From the IMG/VR virus record IMGVR_UViG_3300033067_000119, positions 1 through 42,280 of that record: 42,280 nucleotides of DNA; one strand, 5' to 3'. The notes under the pieces were generated by a model that did no database searches, was not told the origin of the DNA, and was given only the letters and a program-made list of their open reading frames with translations. Below, piece after piece: positions 17,797 to 26,453 of this stretch (positions are counted from its first letter, which is position 1; the number at the start of each line of letters is the position of its first letter). Both the position numbers and the translations under genes were made by a program. The stretch comes from a virus (Duplodnaviria > Caudoviricetes).

Positions 17797-17804
17797 AGTA
17801 TTCC

Positions 17805-18332
17805 TTAACGTACCCGCTTATCGGAGATGCGGGGGTTGTAATAATCGTAGGCAGCAGTACCAATACGCAGAGCTGCACCGGCGTAGTCCGGCATAGAAGG
17901 AGTCTTGAGACTATTGATCTGGCTGGCAGCGTCGATACCAATGTTCTCACGTTGGTTGTTGATTGCCATCTCAGCGTTCTGATAGTTCGTAGTGACGGAG
18001 CTGTTGAATCGCTGCTGACGGTTGCCCAGGTCAGACAGGAGGGCATCCACGGACATCCCTGAGATACCGTTCTCACCGGCAGAAACCTGAGCGGTGGAGC
18101 GAGCAGCACGAGCGTTCATGTTGTTCTCGTCCAGCTTCTGGATGGCAGCCTCACGCTGCTGCATGTGCTCTGCGTTCGTCTGGTTGACGTTCGCAGCCAT
18201 GGCCTTCATGGAGTTCTGGTACTGACGTTGGTTGGCTGCCTCTTGAGCTGAGGCCTGTTCCTGCTGAGCATTGACAGACATCGCCGTGGACGCAGCCGTA
18301 AGAACCAGCATTGCGGTGGTTGGTTCACACAT
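17805..18332 (-). CDS. internal virion protein B (gp14-like)
   Basis: MCEP start, A/Q-rich, AGENGISGMSVDALL motif. Confidence 0.85.
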   Translation of the reverse strand: MCEPTTAMLVLTAASTAMSVNAQQEQASAQEAANQRQYQNSMKAMAANVNQTNAEHMQQREAAIQKLDENNMNARAARSTAQVSAGENGISGMSVDALLSDLGNRQQRFNSSVTTNYQNAEMAINNQRENIGIDAASQINSLKTPSMPDYAGAALRIGTAAYDYYNPRISDKRVR

Positions 18333-18858
18333 TTGAAATCACCTTATTAAATTCGATGTAGTATTCTCCATCAGGCCCTAGTTGCTTAGGGATGCCGAAG
18401 TCGAAGCCCAACCATTTGAGCCATCGGATATGTTCTTTGTTCTTGGTCCACGCCACGTTGTAGAGGAATGGATAACCCTCAGACATCTCCTCAAGCCACT
18501 CTTTGGATTCCCTGAGGAATGGCTTGCGGATGTCCTTGAGAAGATCTGAGGCCAGCATCCATGGGACACCAACCTCACCCTTCTTGCCCCCGATCCCGAA
18601 CATGCAGACCACCTTGCCATCCAAGAGGACGACACGGTTGAAGTCACAGCCGAGGTAGGCAGCCCGTAGAGCATCTCCAGGAGTTGCCCTAGCGAGGTGC
18701 CAGATCTCGTCCTTGTCCTCCTGTCTCATGGTCACAGTAAGTTCAGCGACATCCTTGAGATTAGGTGGACGGACTTCGATGTTAGATGGCCTTGCTACGT
18801 TTGACGTAGAAGCCTTCCCAGTCTGCACTGAGGATTGTACTTGGGAGGGGACTGTCAT
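18325..18858 (-). CDS. gp13-like protein (DUF2833/acetyltransferase-like)
   Basis: MRQEDKDEI and NKEHIRWLKWLGF motifs. Start codon uncertain. Confidence 0.8.
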   Translation of the reverse strand: MTVPSQVQSSVQTGKASTSNVARPSNIEVRPPNLKDVAELTVTMRQEDKDEIWHLARATPGDALRAAYLGCDFNRVVLLDGKVVCMFGIGGKKGEVGVPWMLASDLLKDIRKPFLRESKEWLEEMSEGYPFLYNVAWTKNKEHIRWLKWLGFDFGIPKQLGPDGEYYIEFNKVISNV

Positions 18859-21154
18859 TTGAAATAGTAATGTTAGTGCCGATGTTCCGGCTCACAACTG
18901 GAACCAAGAATCGACCTGAGGAAATTGTGTAACGACCAATCGTACCTGAGTCCTGTCCTAAGACCTTCCCAGAGAACACGTATGAATACGTCTCACGACC
19001 TGAAGGGGTAACCTGCACCTTGAAGTACCCTGAATCAGAGTAGTTGAAGGCAGCCTTGCGGAGCTGCAGACGACCCTCAGTGTCACTCTTCTGGCCACCC
19101 GTTTGGGTTGCCGTGCGAACCACGATGGTCGAGAGCTGGTACGTGAAGGTGTACTTACGACCGAAGACGTATGTGCCACCCGTGATGTTGCCCTGCACCT
19201 TGGCGTTCGTGCCATCCCAGATCACGTCATAGATCTCTCCAGCCTTGAGGGTTGGATGGCTCTTGACGACGAGCTGGTAGGTGCCGGTGCTGGGGGTGTA
19301 CCCAAGGGCTGACAGGTCGATAGTCGTGTAGCCACCACTGTAGCTCACGTTGCCAGAGCTGAGGTTCACCTTACGATCCAGGTGGACAGTGTAGGGTTCA
19401 CCAGCAGCCTGGTAGCCGATGGAGACCGTGGCCTTCTCTAGGTACACACCGTCTGCACGGTTGATCACCAGGTACATATCGGAGCCAATGAAGTCCACGT
19501 TCAGGATGGTGGAGTCAGATCCAAAGGACCACTTCGACCAAGAACTCTGGAGCTTATCATTGTTGGCAAAGAAGTACTTGTAGACATAAAGGCTACTTGG
19601 GTCTACAGTGGACAGAGCAACCAGTACGTCTTCGTTGGTGGCTGCAGCGATCTTGTAGATACCTGAGGGGATGTACTTAGGCAGGTGTGATGTTACATCC
19701 AACGAGTCGTTAGACAGGTTGTTGTAGTCAGCGAAATACTCACGGAAGGCAGACCAGTCACCCTTGTCCACTGCGAAGTAAACGTTCTTACCAATGCCGA
19801 TTGGCTTGGCCGTGGTGTTGCAGGGGAACTCAGTGGCCACCTTGATACCGACCGACTTGGGGGTCAGCAGTTCGTTCTGCTCGATAATGAACTGGGTCTG
19901 CTCAGAGAATAGCAGGAGCTGCTTGTTGAACGGGACCGCATGTTTGAGGATCGAGACCTTCGTGTGGCTAGCATTCACGTCAATCGGATCTGAGTCCAAG
20001 AGCTGGGTGACCGTGGTCCGACCGAAGTTGAAGTACTCTCCTGACTCGGAGAACACCACAGCCTCATCCGCGAGGAAGCCCAAGCGGTTACGGTAGAAGA
20101 ACACGTCAGAGATCGTGCGATTGATGAACGAGGGGAATGGGTTTGACTCGTTGTCCCCTACGATACGGTCCTGCCAGGTGGCTCGCTTGAAGGTGAATGT
20201 ACCATCGGACTCACGGACCAGGATGTGAGGCATGGTGGATGAATCAACACCGAGGGTGATGCCTGGCTTGGCACACTCGACCCACACGCCTTGACCACCC
20301 GAAGACGACTTATCGAACTTCACGAAGTAGCTGTCGAAGGGATCTGTAGCGGCCTCACCAGAGCCAGTGCCGGTGATCTCGACCACAAAGCCGTTGGCTG
20401 CAGGGCCTGGGTTGGCAGGAAGGTCAGCAAACTTCTGGAGCTTGCCCTTCACGGCTACCATACCACCACCGTTGAACCCGTCCTCTGTGGAGATCGTGAA
20501 GTCGGTAGAGCGGCTGATATAGATCGTGGACCCGTACTGAGTGTGGGTGTAGCCGGTCAATGAAAGACCCGCTTCCAATCGGTTGGCAATGTCGTCCGTG
20601 GAGATCAAGGGTGAGTCAGTAGCACTGGAACCGTCAGGAGTGGTACGGTTCGCAACGTTCGTCCCGTTGATCATGATGTTGTAGTCCTTGCCGTAGTTGC
20701 CTGCCTTGACGTTCACCAGGGCCTCAAAGGGACGTGTAGGTGTAGTCGTGGAGCCTTCCAATACGGTCTTGGACTTGTTTACAATGAATGTGTAGTCAGC
20801 CACCGTGACAGCCGCAAAGGATGTCGAGGGCGAGGTTGCTGACAGGTACCCCTTCCCATTGGGGAAGTTCACGGTCTTTTCAGTGCCGTCGATACCGTAG
20901 ACCTTGAGATCACCATTGGTCACCACAGCGACATATCGCTCAGTGGTGTCACGGTTGATCGTGTGGATAAAGCAGTTACCTAGAGGAGTCGATTGGATCT
21001 TCTTTAGGTGTTGTGTTGGCGGACGCTTCTTCAACCCCTGAGAGACAGTGGAAAGACCATTCTCTTGGACTTCGCCCTGAGAGTTCAGTCGAAGAGTAAA
21101 GGGTTGCTGAGAGACACCGTTAACAAAGTTGGGGATTGAAGATGAGATCAGCAT
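18782..21154 (-). CDS. tail tubular protein B (gp12 nozzle)
   Basis: NGVSQQP, GLKKRPP, NPFPSF and FFYRNRLGFL motifs. Confidence 0.95.
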   Translation of the reverse strand: MLISSSIPNFVNGVSQQPFTLRLNSQGEVQENGLSTVSQGLKKRPPTQHLKKIQSTPLGNCFIHTINRDTTERYVAVVTNGDLKVYGIDGTEKTVNFPNGKGYLSATSPSTSFAAVTVADYTFIVNKSKTVLEGSTTTPTRPFEALVNVKAGNYGKDYNIMINGTNVANRTTPDGSSATDSPLISTDDIANRLEAGLSLTGYTHTQYGSTIYISRSTDFTISTEDGFNGGGMVAVKGKLQKFADLPANPGPAANGFVVEITGTGSGEAATDPFDSYFVKFDKSSSGGQGVWVECAKPGITLGVDSSTMPHILVRESDGTFTFKRATWQDRIVGDNESNPFPSFINRTISDVFFYRNRLGFLADEAVVFSESGEYFNFGRTTVTQLLDSDPIDVNASHTKVSILKHAVPFNKQLLLFSEQTQFIIEQNELLTPKSVGIKVATEFPCNTTAKPIGIGKNVYFAVDKGDWSAFREYFADYNNLSNDSLDVTSHLPKYIPSGIYKIAAATNEDVLVALSTVDPSSLYVYKYFFANNDKLQSSWSKWSFGSDSTILNVDFIGSDMYLVINRADGVYLEKATVSIGYQAAGEPYTVHLDRKVNLSSGNVSYSGGYTTIDLSALGYTPSTGTYQLVVKSHPTLKAGEIYDVIWDGTNAKVQGNITGGTYVFGRKYTFTYQLSTIVVRTATQTGGQKSDTEGRLQLRKAAFNYSDSGYFKVQVTPSGRETYSYVFSGKVLGQDSGTIGRYTISSGRFLVPVVSRNIGTNITISNDSPLPSTILSADWEGFYVKRSKAI

Positions 21155-21156
21155 TT

Positions 21157-21738
21157 TTATCGATCAATAGACCTCATCACTCCGTAGTTGGATGTGAGGA
21201 TGTTGTAATCTGCGGTACGTGCCTCGTAGCGGCGCATTGCTCGCAGGGCACGGGTCTCGTCCTGGGCTGTGAAGCTGGTCAGGATTTGGGAACCCACCAC
21301 TCGCTCTTGGAAAACCCGAGCTGAGCGAACGGTGATGTAGTGACGAGCTGCCTGGGGCAACTCATTGAATTCTAGAAGTGTCGTCAGGTCCGCTTTGAGC
21401 GGCTCTGTGAACGTGTACGTCTTGCCGTTACGGTCGTAGAGACGGTTGCCACGGATGGCCACGTCATAGTCTCGACTGTAGGCGCTCGTATCTACTTCGA
21501 TAGCGTTACCAGGCACATAGATGAAACCATCACTGGCAGGGGTAAGCTGGAACTCGAAGTCGGTATTGAAATGCCAGCCCTCTTCTTGAACCTGAACAGA
21601 GACTTCAGCCAGAATAGAACGGGCTGTCACAGCATCGACAACACCTGTAGCTGCATCGAGAGAGTTGATTGGAGATTCACCAATCGTACCGAGCATGATG
21701 TTCACTGCATCAAGCTCTGTGGTCATAGAAAGAGCCAT
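21157..21738 (-). CDS. tail tubular protein A (gp11)
   Basis: TELDAVNIMLGTIGESP and GWHFN motifs. Confidence 0.95.
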   Translation of the reverse strand: MALSMTTELDAVNIMLGTIGESPINSLDAATGVVDAVTARSILAEVSVQVQEEGWHFNTDFEFQLTPASDGFIYVPGNAIEVDTSAYSRDYDVAIRGNRLYDRNGKTYTFTEPLKADLTTLLEFNELPQAARHYITVRSARVFQERVVGSQILTSFTAQDETRALRAMRRYEARTADYNILTSNYGVMRSIDR

Positions 21739-21753
21739 AGAAAACCTATTAGT

Positions 21754-21791
21754 AAAAAAAAGGGGGACCCCAAATAAATGAGATCCCCCTT
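21754..21791 (-). terminator. intrinsic terminator after the capsid gene (T-phi analogue)
   Basis: AAGGGGGATCTCA-TTTATT-TGGGGTCCCCCTT plus a T run. Confidence 0.85.
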
Positions 21792-21806
21792 AGGAGTGAG
21801 CCGTGA

Positions 21807-22760
21807 TTAGGCGGTCTTCAATTCGACAGCAGCAGCAGGACGCAGGACACCGTGGCCCATAGCGTACTTAGCAACCATCAGGGTGCCCTGACGGCGGATG
21901 TCGTACTGAGATTCCATTGCCAGATCCATGAGCTTCACAGTGCCGATAGCGGCCTTGTGAGTCACAACACCAACAGTGTTAGTGAATGCACCAGCGTAAG
22001 TGTCGTTAGAACCAGACGCAGTCGTACCAGTGGCAACAGTAGTGCCATAAGGAGCGTGGTTGGTCTTCACAACGTTGATGCCAGCAACACGCAGCACCTT
22101 AGCGCCAGCGTATTCGCCTTCACCACCCCAGAAGCGGTTCATGATCTTAGTGTTCTGAGCCAACAGGTAGTAGGCAGCAGGAGACAAATAAGCGAAGCGG
22201 TCCTCTTCAGGGATGTACTTCTCGTCCAACTTCTGAGCAGCAGCGAACAAGCCAGCAACCAGGGCTTCACCAGAGGTGTCGCTCAAGAGAGTTGCGGAAG
22301 TCACAGAGCCACCACCGACTTCGGTAGAGACAGGAGACGAGCCACGAGCGGCCAACACGGCCAACTGGAGCTTATGCTTGTCCATCTGGTAGGCCAATGC
22401 CTTACCAATCTGGTCAGCGTAGGGGCCACGCACGTCATAGTGGTTCATGGCTTCATCGATGTTGGCGATGAAAGCATGGCTGATCAACAGGTTGTCGATA
22501 GTGATGACCTGTTCGTTTGCAGGTACGTTCAGACCAGTGATCTCAGCACCAGGAGTGTGGTACTCAGCAGAGATCTTACCCATGATTGGGAACTGTGCAG
22601 ACTTGCCAGAGGCAATGTTGCGGGTCATGAACTTGTCTTCAGTAACAGTAGCTTCCTTGAAAGCGGTCAGTACTTCACCTGCGAAGACTTTGAGAAATAG
22701 CGCCTTAGCGTCACCGGAGTTGTTGACTTGACCAAGACGGCTAGGAGTAGCGTTTGCCAT
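21807..22760 (-). CDS. major capsid protein (gp10-like)
   Basis: ALFLKVFAGEVLTAF, SGKSAQFP and KYAMGHGVLRP motifs. Confidence 0.97.
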   Translation of the reverse strand: MANATPSRLGQVNNSGDAKALFLKVFAGEVLTAFKEATVTEDKFMTRNIASGKSAQFPIMGKISAEYHTPGAEITGLNVPANEQVITIDNLLISHAFIANIDEAMNHYDVRGPYADQIGKALAYQMDKHKLQLAVLAARGSSPVSTEVGGGSVTSATLLSDTSGEALVAGLFAAAQKLDEKYIPEEDRFAYLSPAAYYLLAQNTKIMNRFWGGEGEYAGAKVLRVAGINVVKTNHAPYGTTVATGTTASGSNDTYAGAFTNTVGVVTHKAAIGTVKLMDLAMESQYDIRRQGTLMVAKYAMGHGVLRPAAAVELKTA

Positions 22761-22981
22761 AATAAATATATCTCGTGTAGATTAGAAGAAAGGTTGTGCA
22801 ACCTCCTTGAAACCAGACACACATCACGCAGAGTTATCTCCCGCAGGAGGCAAAGGTCGTGTAATCAGTTCTAAGAATTGCAATTCCACCGCATAGAGAT
22901 GCAGTGCGGAACGTCTTCTATGACGAGAGAAGACATCCAGCATGGCCATCATCTTTCGGACGGACAGAGGCTGGAGTCATA

Positions 22982-23407
22982 TTATTTTGTAAGCCCCTTG
23001 AGCTTCTCGATGGTACGGTATCCACCTAGGCCAAGCAGGCCAAAGAGAAGGGTCATAAGGGTGTTGAGGTCCATGGCAGGCATAACTGCACGAACCTCAT
23101 AGAGGGCTAGGAAGAAGGTTGCGAATGGGAGGAACACGAATTGGTAAAACAATCCGAATACGCAGATCCATCCTACAGCCGGTCTCCAGCCTGACTTGAA
23201 GAAACTATCAGAGGCAGCTTCGACCTTGTTGATTTCCATCTGACCAGTGGCCAGAGCAGTCTCAGCTTCCAGAACTTTGAGTTCCCCTGCCTGCTGCAGC
23301 TCAAAGAGCTTTAGCTTGGCCTGAGCAGCCTGCTGTGGATCAGGAAAGATCTTGTCAAAGACCTTCCCTGCGAGATCGAAGAGACCCCCTAGGAGAAGGG
23401 GGTTCAT
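22982..23407 (-). CDS. 3TM holin-like membrane protein
   Basis: SGWRPAVGWIC and LLGLGGYRTIEK motifs of the GTA-type 3TM holin family. Confidence 0.8.
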   Translation of the reverse strand: MNPLLLGGLFDLAGKVFDKIFPDPQQAAQAKLKLFELQQAGELKVLEAETALATGQMEINKVEAASDSFFKSGWRPAVGWICVFGLFYQFVFLPFATFFLALYEVRAVMPAMDLNTLMTLLFGLLGLGGYRTIEKLKGLTK

Positions 23408-23416
23408 CGGTTCACC

Positions 23417-24211
23417 TTAGAAAATGTTGGAGCGAGACAGCTTCGCCTGGACCTTAGCGCGGTACGCTGGGTCATTGCGGTACTGAGGGTCAGCCATGGC
23501 CTTGGTCACCTGTGCGGTGGACTCAAAGACATCGACGGAACCGCCCTTACCACCACCGAGCATACGCTCAGGCTCACTACCCACGGCCTTGCCGAACTTG
23601 GCAGAGAGGCCCAGAGCAGCCAGCTTGGCCTGGTCAGCGTTACCTGAGGACACCGCGGAGTTGTACGCAGCGATCTCTGAGGGGGTCAGGTTGGCCTTAG
23701 CCCACGTAACCATCTCATCGTAGCGATCACCACCACCAACCTCAGTCTTGATGTCACCCTCGAATTGGGCGGCACGAGCCTGCTGGCCAGCGATATAGTT
23801 GTCTACGATGTCCTTGTTGAAACCAGCCTTGGAGAGGCGGTCATAGCTCTCAGCAGACAGCTCACCCTTAGAGGCGAACTCCTGAGAGAACTCAGACATA
23901 TCCAGGCCCTGCTTCTGCAGCTCAGCCTGGGGGTTCGCGGGGACCTGGTTGTCACTCGGAGTAGCATTCTGCTCTGTGGGCTTGTTACCACCTAGCTTGC
24001 TCTCCAACTCGGAGTAGGCCTTGGCCATATCCTCGGGTGACTTGAACTTCTCTGGGAGCCACTCAGGGCGGCTCTCAGAAGAAGACTGAGGGTCAGCCAG
24101 GTTATCAGCATCGGGACCGGCGTTAGCCTTGTCCACGAGATCGATCATCTTCTGGTCGTGACCCTCAGGGGCACCAGGGTTTTCACTTGTAATAATTACA
24201 GTATCAACCAT
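23417..24211 (-). CDS. capsid assembly scaffold (gp9-like)
   Basis: RPEWLPEKFKSPEDMAKAYSELE and AMADPQYRNDPAYR motifs. Confidence 0.93.
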   Translation of the reverse strand: MVDTVIITSENPGAPEGHDQKMIDLVDKANAGPDADNLADPQSSSESRPEWLPEKFKSPEDMAKAYSELESKLGGNKPTEQNATPSDNQVPANPQAELQKQGLDMSEFSQEFASKGELSAESYDRLSKAGFNKDIVDNYIAGQQARAAQFEGDIKTEVGGGDRYDEMVTWAKANLTPSEIAAYNSAVSSGNADQAKLAALGLSAKFGKAVGSEPERMLGGGKGGSVDVFESTAQVTKAMADPQYRNDPAYRAKVQAKLSRSNIF

Positions 24212-24222
24212 GTGTTTCCGTA

Positions 24223-24396
24223 TTAATAGTCCACGAGCACAATGCCGGTACCGTAGACACGGATCAGCTTGGCTTTAGGATCAACTTCAAATTTGACTTT
24301 GTCTGCACCGTCACCGAAATACTGGATCTCGGGCTTGTCCTCTTTCGAGGACTTCTTAGGTGCTTCCACTTTCATTGCGGGATTCGCATCAGCCAT
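24223..24396 (-). CDS. 57-aa hypothetical protein between portal and scaffold
   Basis: AAGGAG RBS; MADANPAMKVEAPKK...GTGIVLVDY fills the gap exactly. Confidence 0.65.
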   Translation of the reverse strand: MADANPAMKVEAPKKSSKEDKPEIQYFGDGADKVKFEVDPKAKLIRVYGTGIVLVDY

Positions 24397-25987
24397 TCAC
24401 GGCTCCTTCTGGGGGTTGATTATCGTTGGCCATCTTCTGTTTCATCAGTTGGCCTGCTTGTGTAATTGCTGGGTTCATACACTGCTGAGCCATCTGCATC
24501 ATCATTGCCTGCTGCTGTTCCTGCTGGATCTGCTCAGGGGACTTCACGAGACCCTTCATGTCGATACCTAGAGAAGTACCGAGACGTTTCAGAGCGTCAT
24601 CCTTGTTGATCTCAGGAGGGAGCTGAGCAATCAGACCTGCACCTTGGAAGAACATCTGGAGCTTGTTCATGTCATTGCCACGACCAAGAGCTTCCATACC
24701 CGTAACGATGACAGGCTTGACCGTACCCTTAGGCAGGGTAGGCATCTTCTTCTTACGCTCCATGGCGAACATGATGCGGTTGACCAGAGGCAACTGGAAT
24801 TCCTGCGAGAGGATCGAGTAGATACCACCGAGAGCTGATTCCAGTTCACCCGCCATGTAGCGGATCTCTTCGGCTGTAACTCGCTCACCATTGCGCTGGA
24901 CAGCGGAGTTCAACAGGAATGCGAACGACAGGCGTTCTTCGATTCGAGTGATCGTCTCCAAGGCCACACGGAAGTCGTTGTACTTCTGGAGCTGGAGGAC
25001 ACTCACATCCTGCTCGTTACCCTCGATGATGGAGCCGTTATCAGCCTCAGCAAGGGATTGCTGGCTGGTCGTACCATTGGGGTTCACGAGGAACAGGACC
25101 TTGGCTGCAGCAGCCGAGCCTTCAACGATGGCCTGAGAGAGGCCTTCGAGGGACTTGATGTCACCCAGGTACTCTTCAACATAGCCACGGCCATAGTTCT
25201 CACCGTCGATCTTTGTGAATCGAACGGGGATCCATGGGGTCTTGTCGAGAGGGAATGTGCCCTGGGACTTAGGGACGATCTGTCCCTTGATCTCCTGATA
25301 CACCTCCCACTTGCCTTCCTCGCGGTAGACGTGGGTGTAGATGTCGCAGTTCTTGTCGTTCTTGTCCTGGTTCTGAGCCTCACTCTCACCCTCCTTGTAG
25401 CCCAGGAGAGCCTGGACATCATCGGGGAGTGTAGAGGGAGCAACGGTCTCCTTGACCACCACATCGAGCACATTGCCCATGGGGTCACGGCGAACCACGT
25501 ACTTCTCCAGGGGAAACACTCGCATACCACCTGCATCAGGTGTGTAGAGGAGAGCGTTACCGGAGACGAGCAAGTGCTTCATGCCTTCAAAGGCAGACAC
25601 ACGAATGGCACCAGCCTCGATCTCGGACTGGACGGCACGTTCGATTTTGTTCAGGCCTTCCTCTACCTGCGCTCGCATACCTTCCTGTTTCGTCAGGGTC
25701 TCTAGAGTGAAGTCATCAATCTGGAGGCGGAAGAATGGAGAGTTGGGAGGGAGAAGCGCGAGGAGGAGCTTCGAGGCCAGGTTGTTCACGCCACGAGCAC
25801 CAACGGCCTGGAAGGGCGTGTAGTACTTGGTAGCGTTAGAGTGCCCAGCGGGAGGCACCAGTGTGGGTAGAGTGTACTTAGAGCACTCCCTTGCCCTATT
25901 CAGGAAAGGAAAGCGATCCGACTCTAGCTTGGCGTATAGGCCAGCAGCAGATGGTTCCTGCTCCTTTTCGTTCTTCTCTTCAGCCAT
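24389..25987 (-). CDS. portal (head-tail connector, gp8-like)
   Basis: GARGVNNLASKL, YGRGYVEEY and ERVTAEEIR motifs. Confidence 0.97.
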   Translation of the reverse strand: MAEEKNEKEQEPSAAGLYAKLESDRFPFLNRARECSKYTLPTLVPPAGHSNATKYYTPFQAVGARGVNNLASKLLLALLPPNSPFFRLQIDDFTLETLTKQEGMRAQVEEGLNKIERAVQSEIEAGAIRVSAFEGMKHLLVSGNALLYTPDAGGMRVFPLEKYVVRRDPMGNVLDVVVKETVAPSTLPDDVQALLGYKEGESEAQNQDKNDKNCDIYTHVYREEGKWEVYQEIKGQIVPKSQGTFPLDKTPWIPVRFTKIDGENYGRGYVEEYLGDIKSLEGLSQAIVEGSAAAAKVLFLVNPNGTTSQQSLAEADNGSIIEGNEQDVSVLQLQKYNDFRVALETITRIEERLSFAFLLNSAVQRNGERVTAEEIRYMAGELESALGGIYSILSQEFQLPLVNRIMFAMERKKKMPTLPKGTVKPVIVTGMEALGRGNDMNKLQMFFQGAGLIAQLPPEINKDDALKRLGTSLGIDMKGLVKSPEQIQQEQQQAMMMQMAQQCMNPAITQAGQLMKQKMANDNQPPEGAVNG

Positions 25988-25995
25988 GGAATACC

Positions 25996-26208
25996 TTAAC
26001 TAGGAATGTTCAAACCAGAACCTGCAGAACCTGTGTCGGGCTGGGTACGGTCAATACGGAGGGAACCACGACCACGGTTGGCCGAGAGGGCCGATGCGTC
26101 CTTGCGGTTATTGCCCTCAGCGGGAGCCACGGTAGCCAGCGGTGCAGGAGCTGCGGGAGCTGGGGGTGGTGGAGCTGGAGGTGGGCTCGATGGGGATGAG
26201 AGGCACAT
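25996..26208 (-). CDS. small virion protein (gp7.3/6.7-like)
   Basis: MC start, Pro-rich, RGRGSLRI...GLNIP, upstream of portal. Confidence 0.75.
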   Translation of the reverse strand: MCLSSPSSPPPAPPPPAPAAPAPLATVAPAEGNNRKDASALSANRGRGSLRIDRTQPDTGSAGSGLNIPS

Positions 26209-26209
26209 A

Positions 26210-26398
26210 TCAGTTCTCTAGAATGTTTTGGTTCTGTAAATTGAACTGGTGGCGTAGCAGTCGAACTACCGCGATCTGACCTTGAAGGTAGAGGTAATCC
26301 TCTAGTTCAACGGGGGTCGGTGGCAGTCGATCAGGGAAACGCTTTTCCAGTTCATCGAGTAATTCTTTAGAGATGTTTGGGAACTTATTGTTATCCAT
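26210..26398 (-). CDS. conserved small protein upstream of the virion module
   Basis: LLDELEKRFP...GQIAVVRLL; follows a phage promoter. Confidence 0.75.
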   Translation of the reverse strand: MDNNKFPNISKELLDELEKRFPDRLPPTPVELEDYLYLQGQIAVVRLLRHQFNLQNQNILEN

Positions 26399-26404
26399 AC
26401 GTCT

Positions 26405-26422
26405 TCCAATTGGGCAACCATA
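26405..26422 (-). promoter_or_regulatory. candidate phage RNAP promoter (late operon)
   Basis: TATGGTTGCCCAATTGGA at the start of the structural module, just after a hairpin that follows the RNR gene. Confidence 0.65.
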
Positions 26423-26453
26423 AGGAATACGGGGGTATTACACCCCCATACCC

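Noticed and set aside
21792-21830. T7-style capsid 10A/10B frameshift extension
   Set aside because: No slippery site is evident, and a terminator follows the stop almost immediately.
21852-22700. Long plus-strand ORFs (also 36989-37870, 15532-16257, 34171-34830, 25058-25705)
   Set aside because: These are antisense shadows of well-supported minus-strand genes and have no recognisable motifs.
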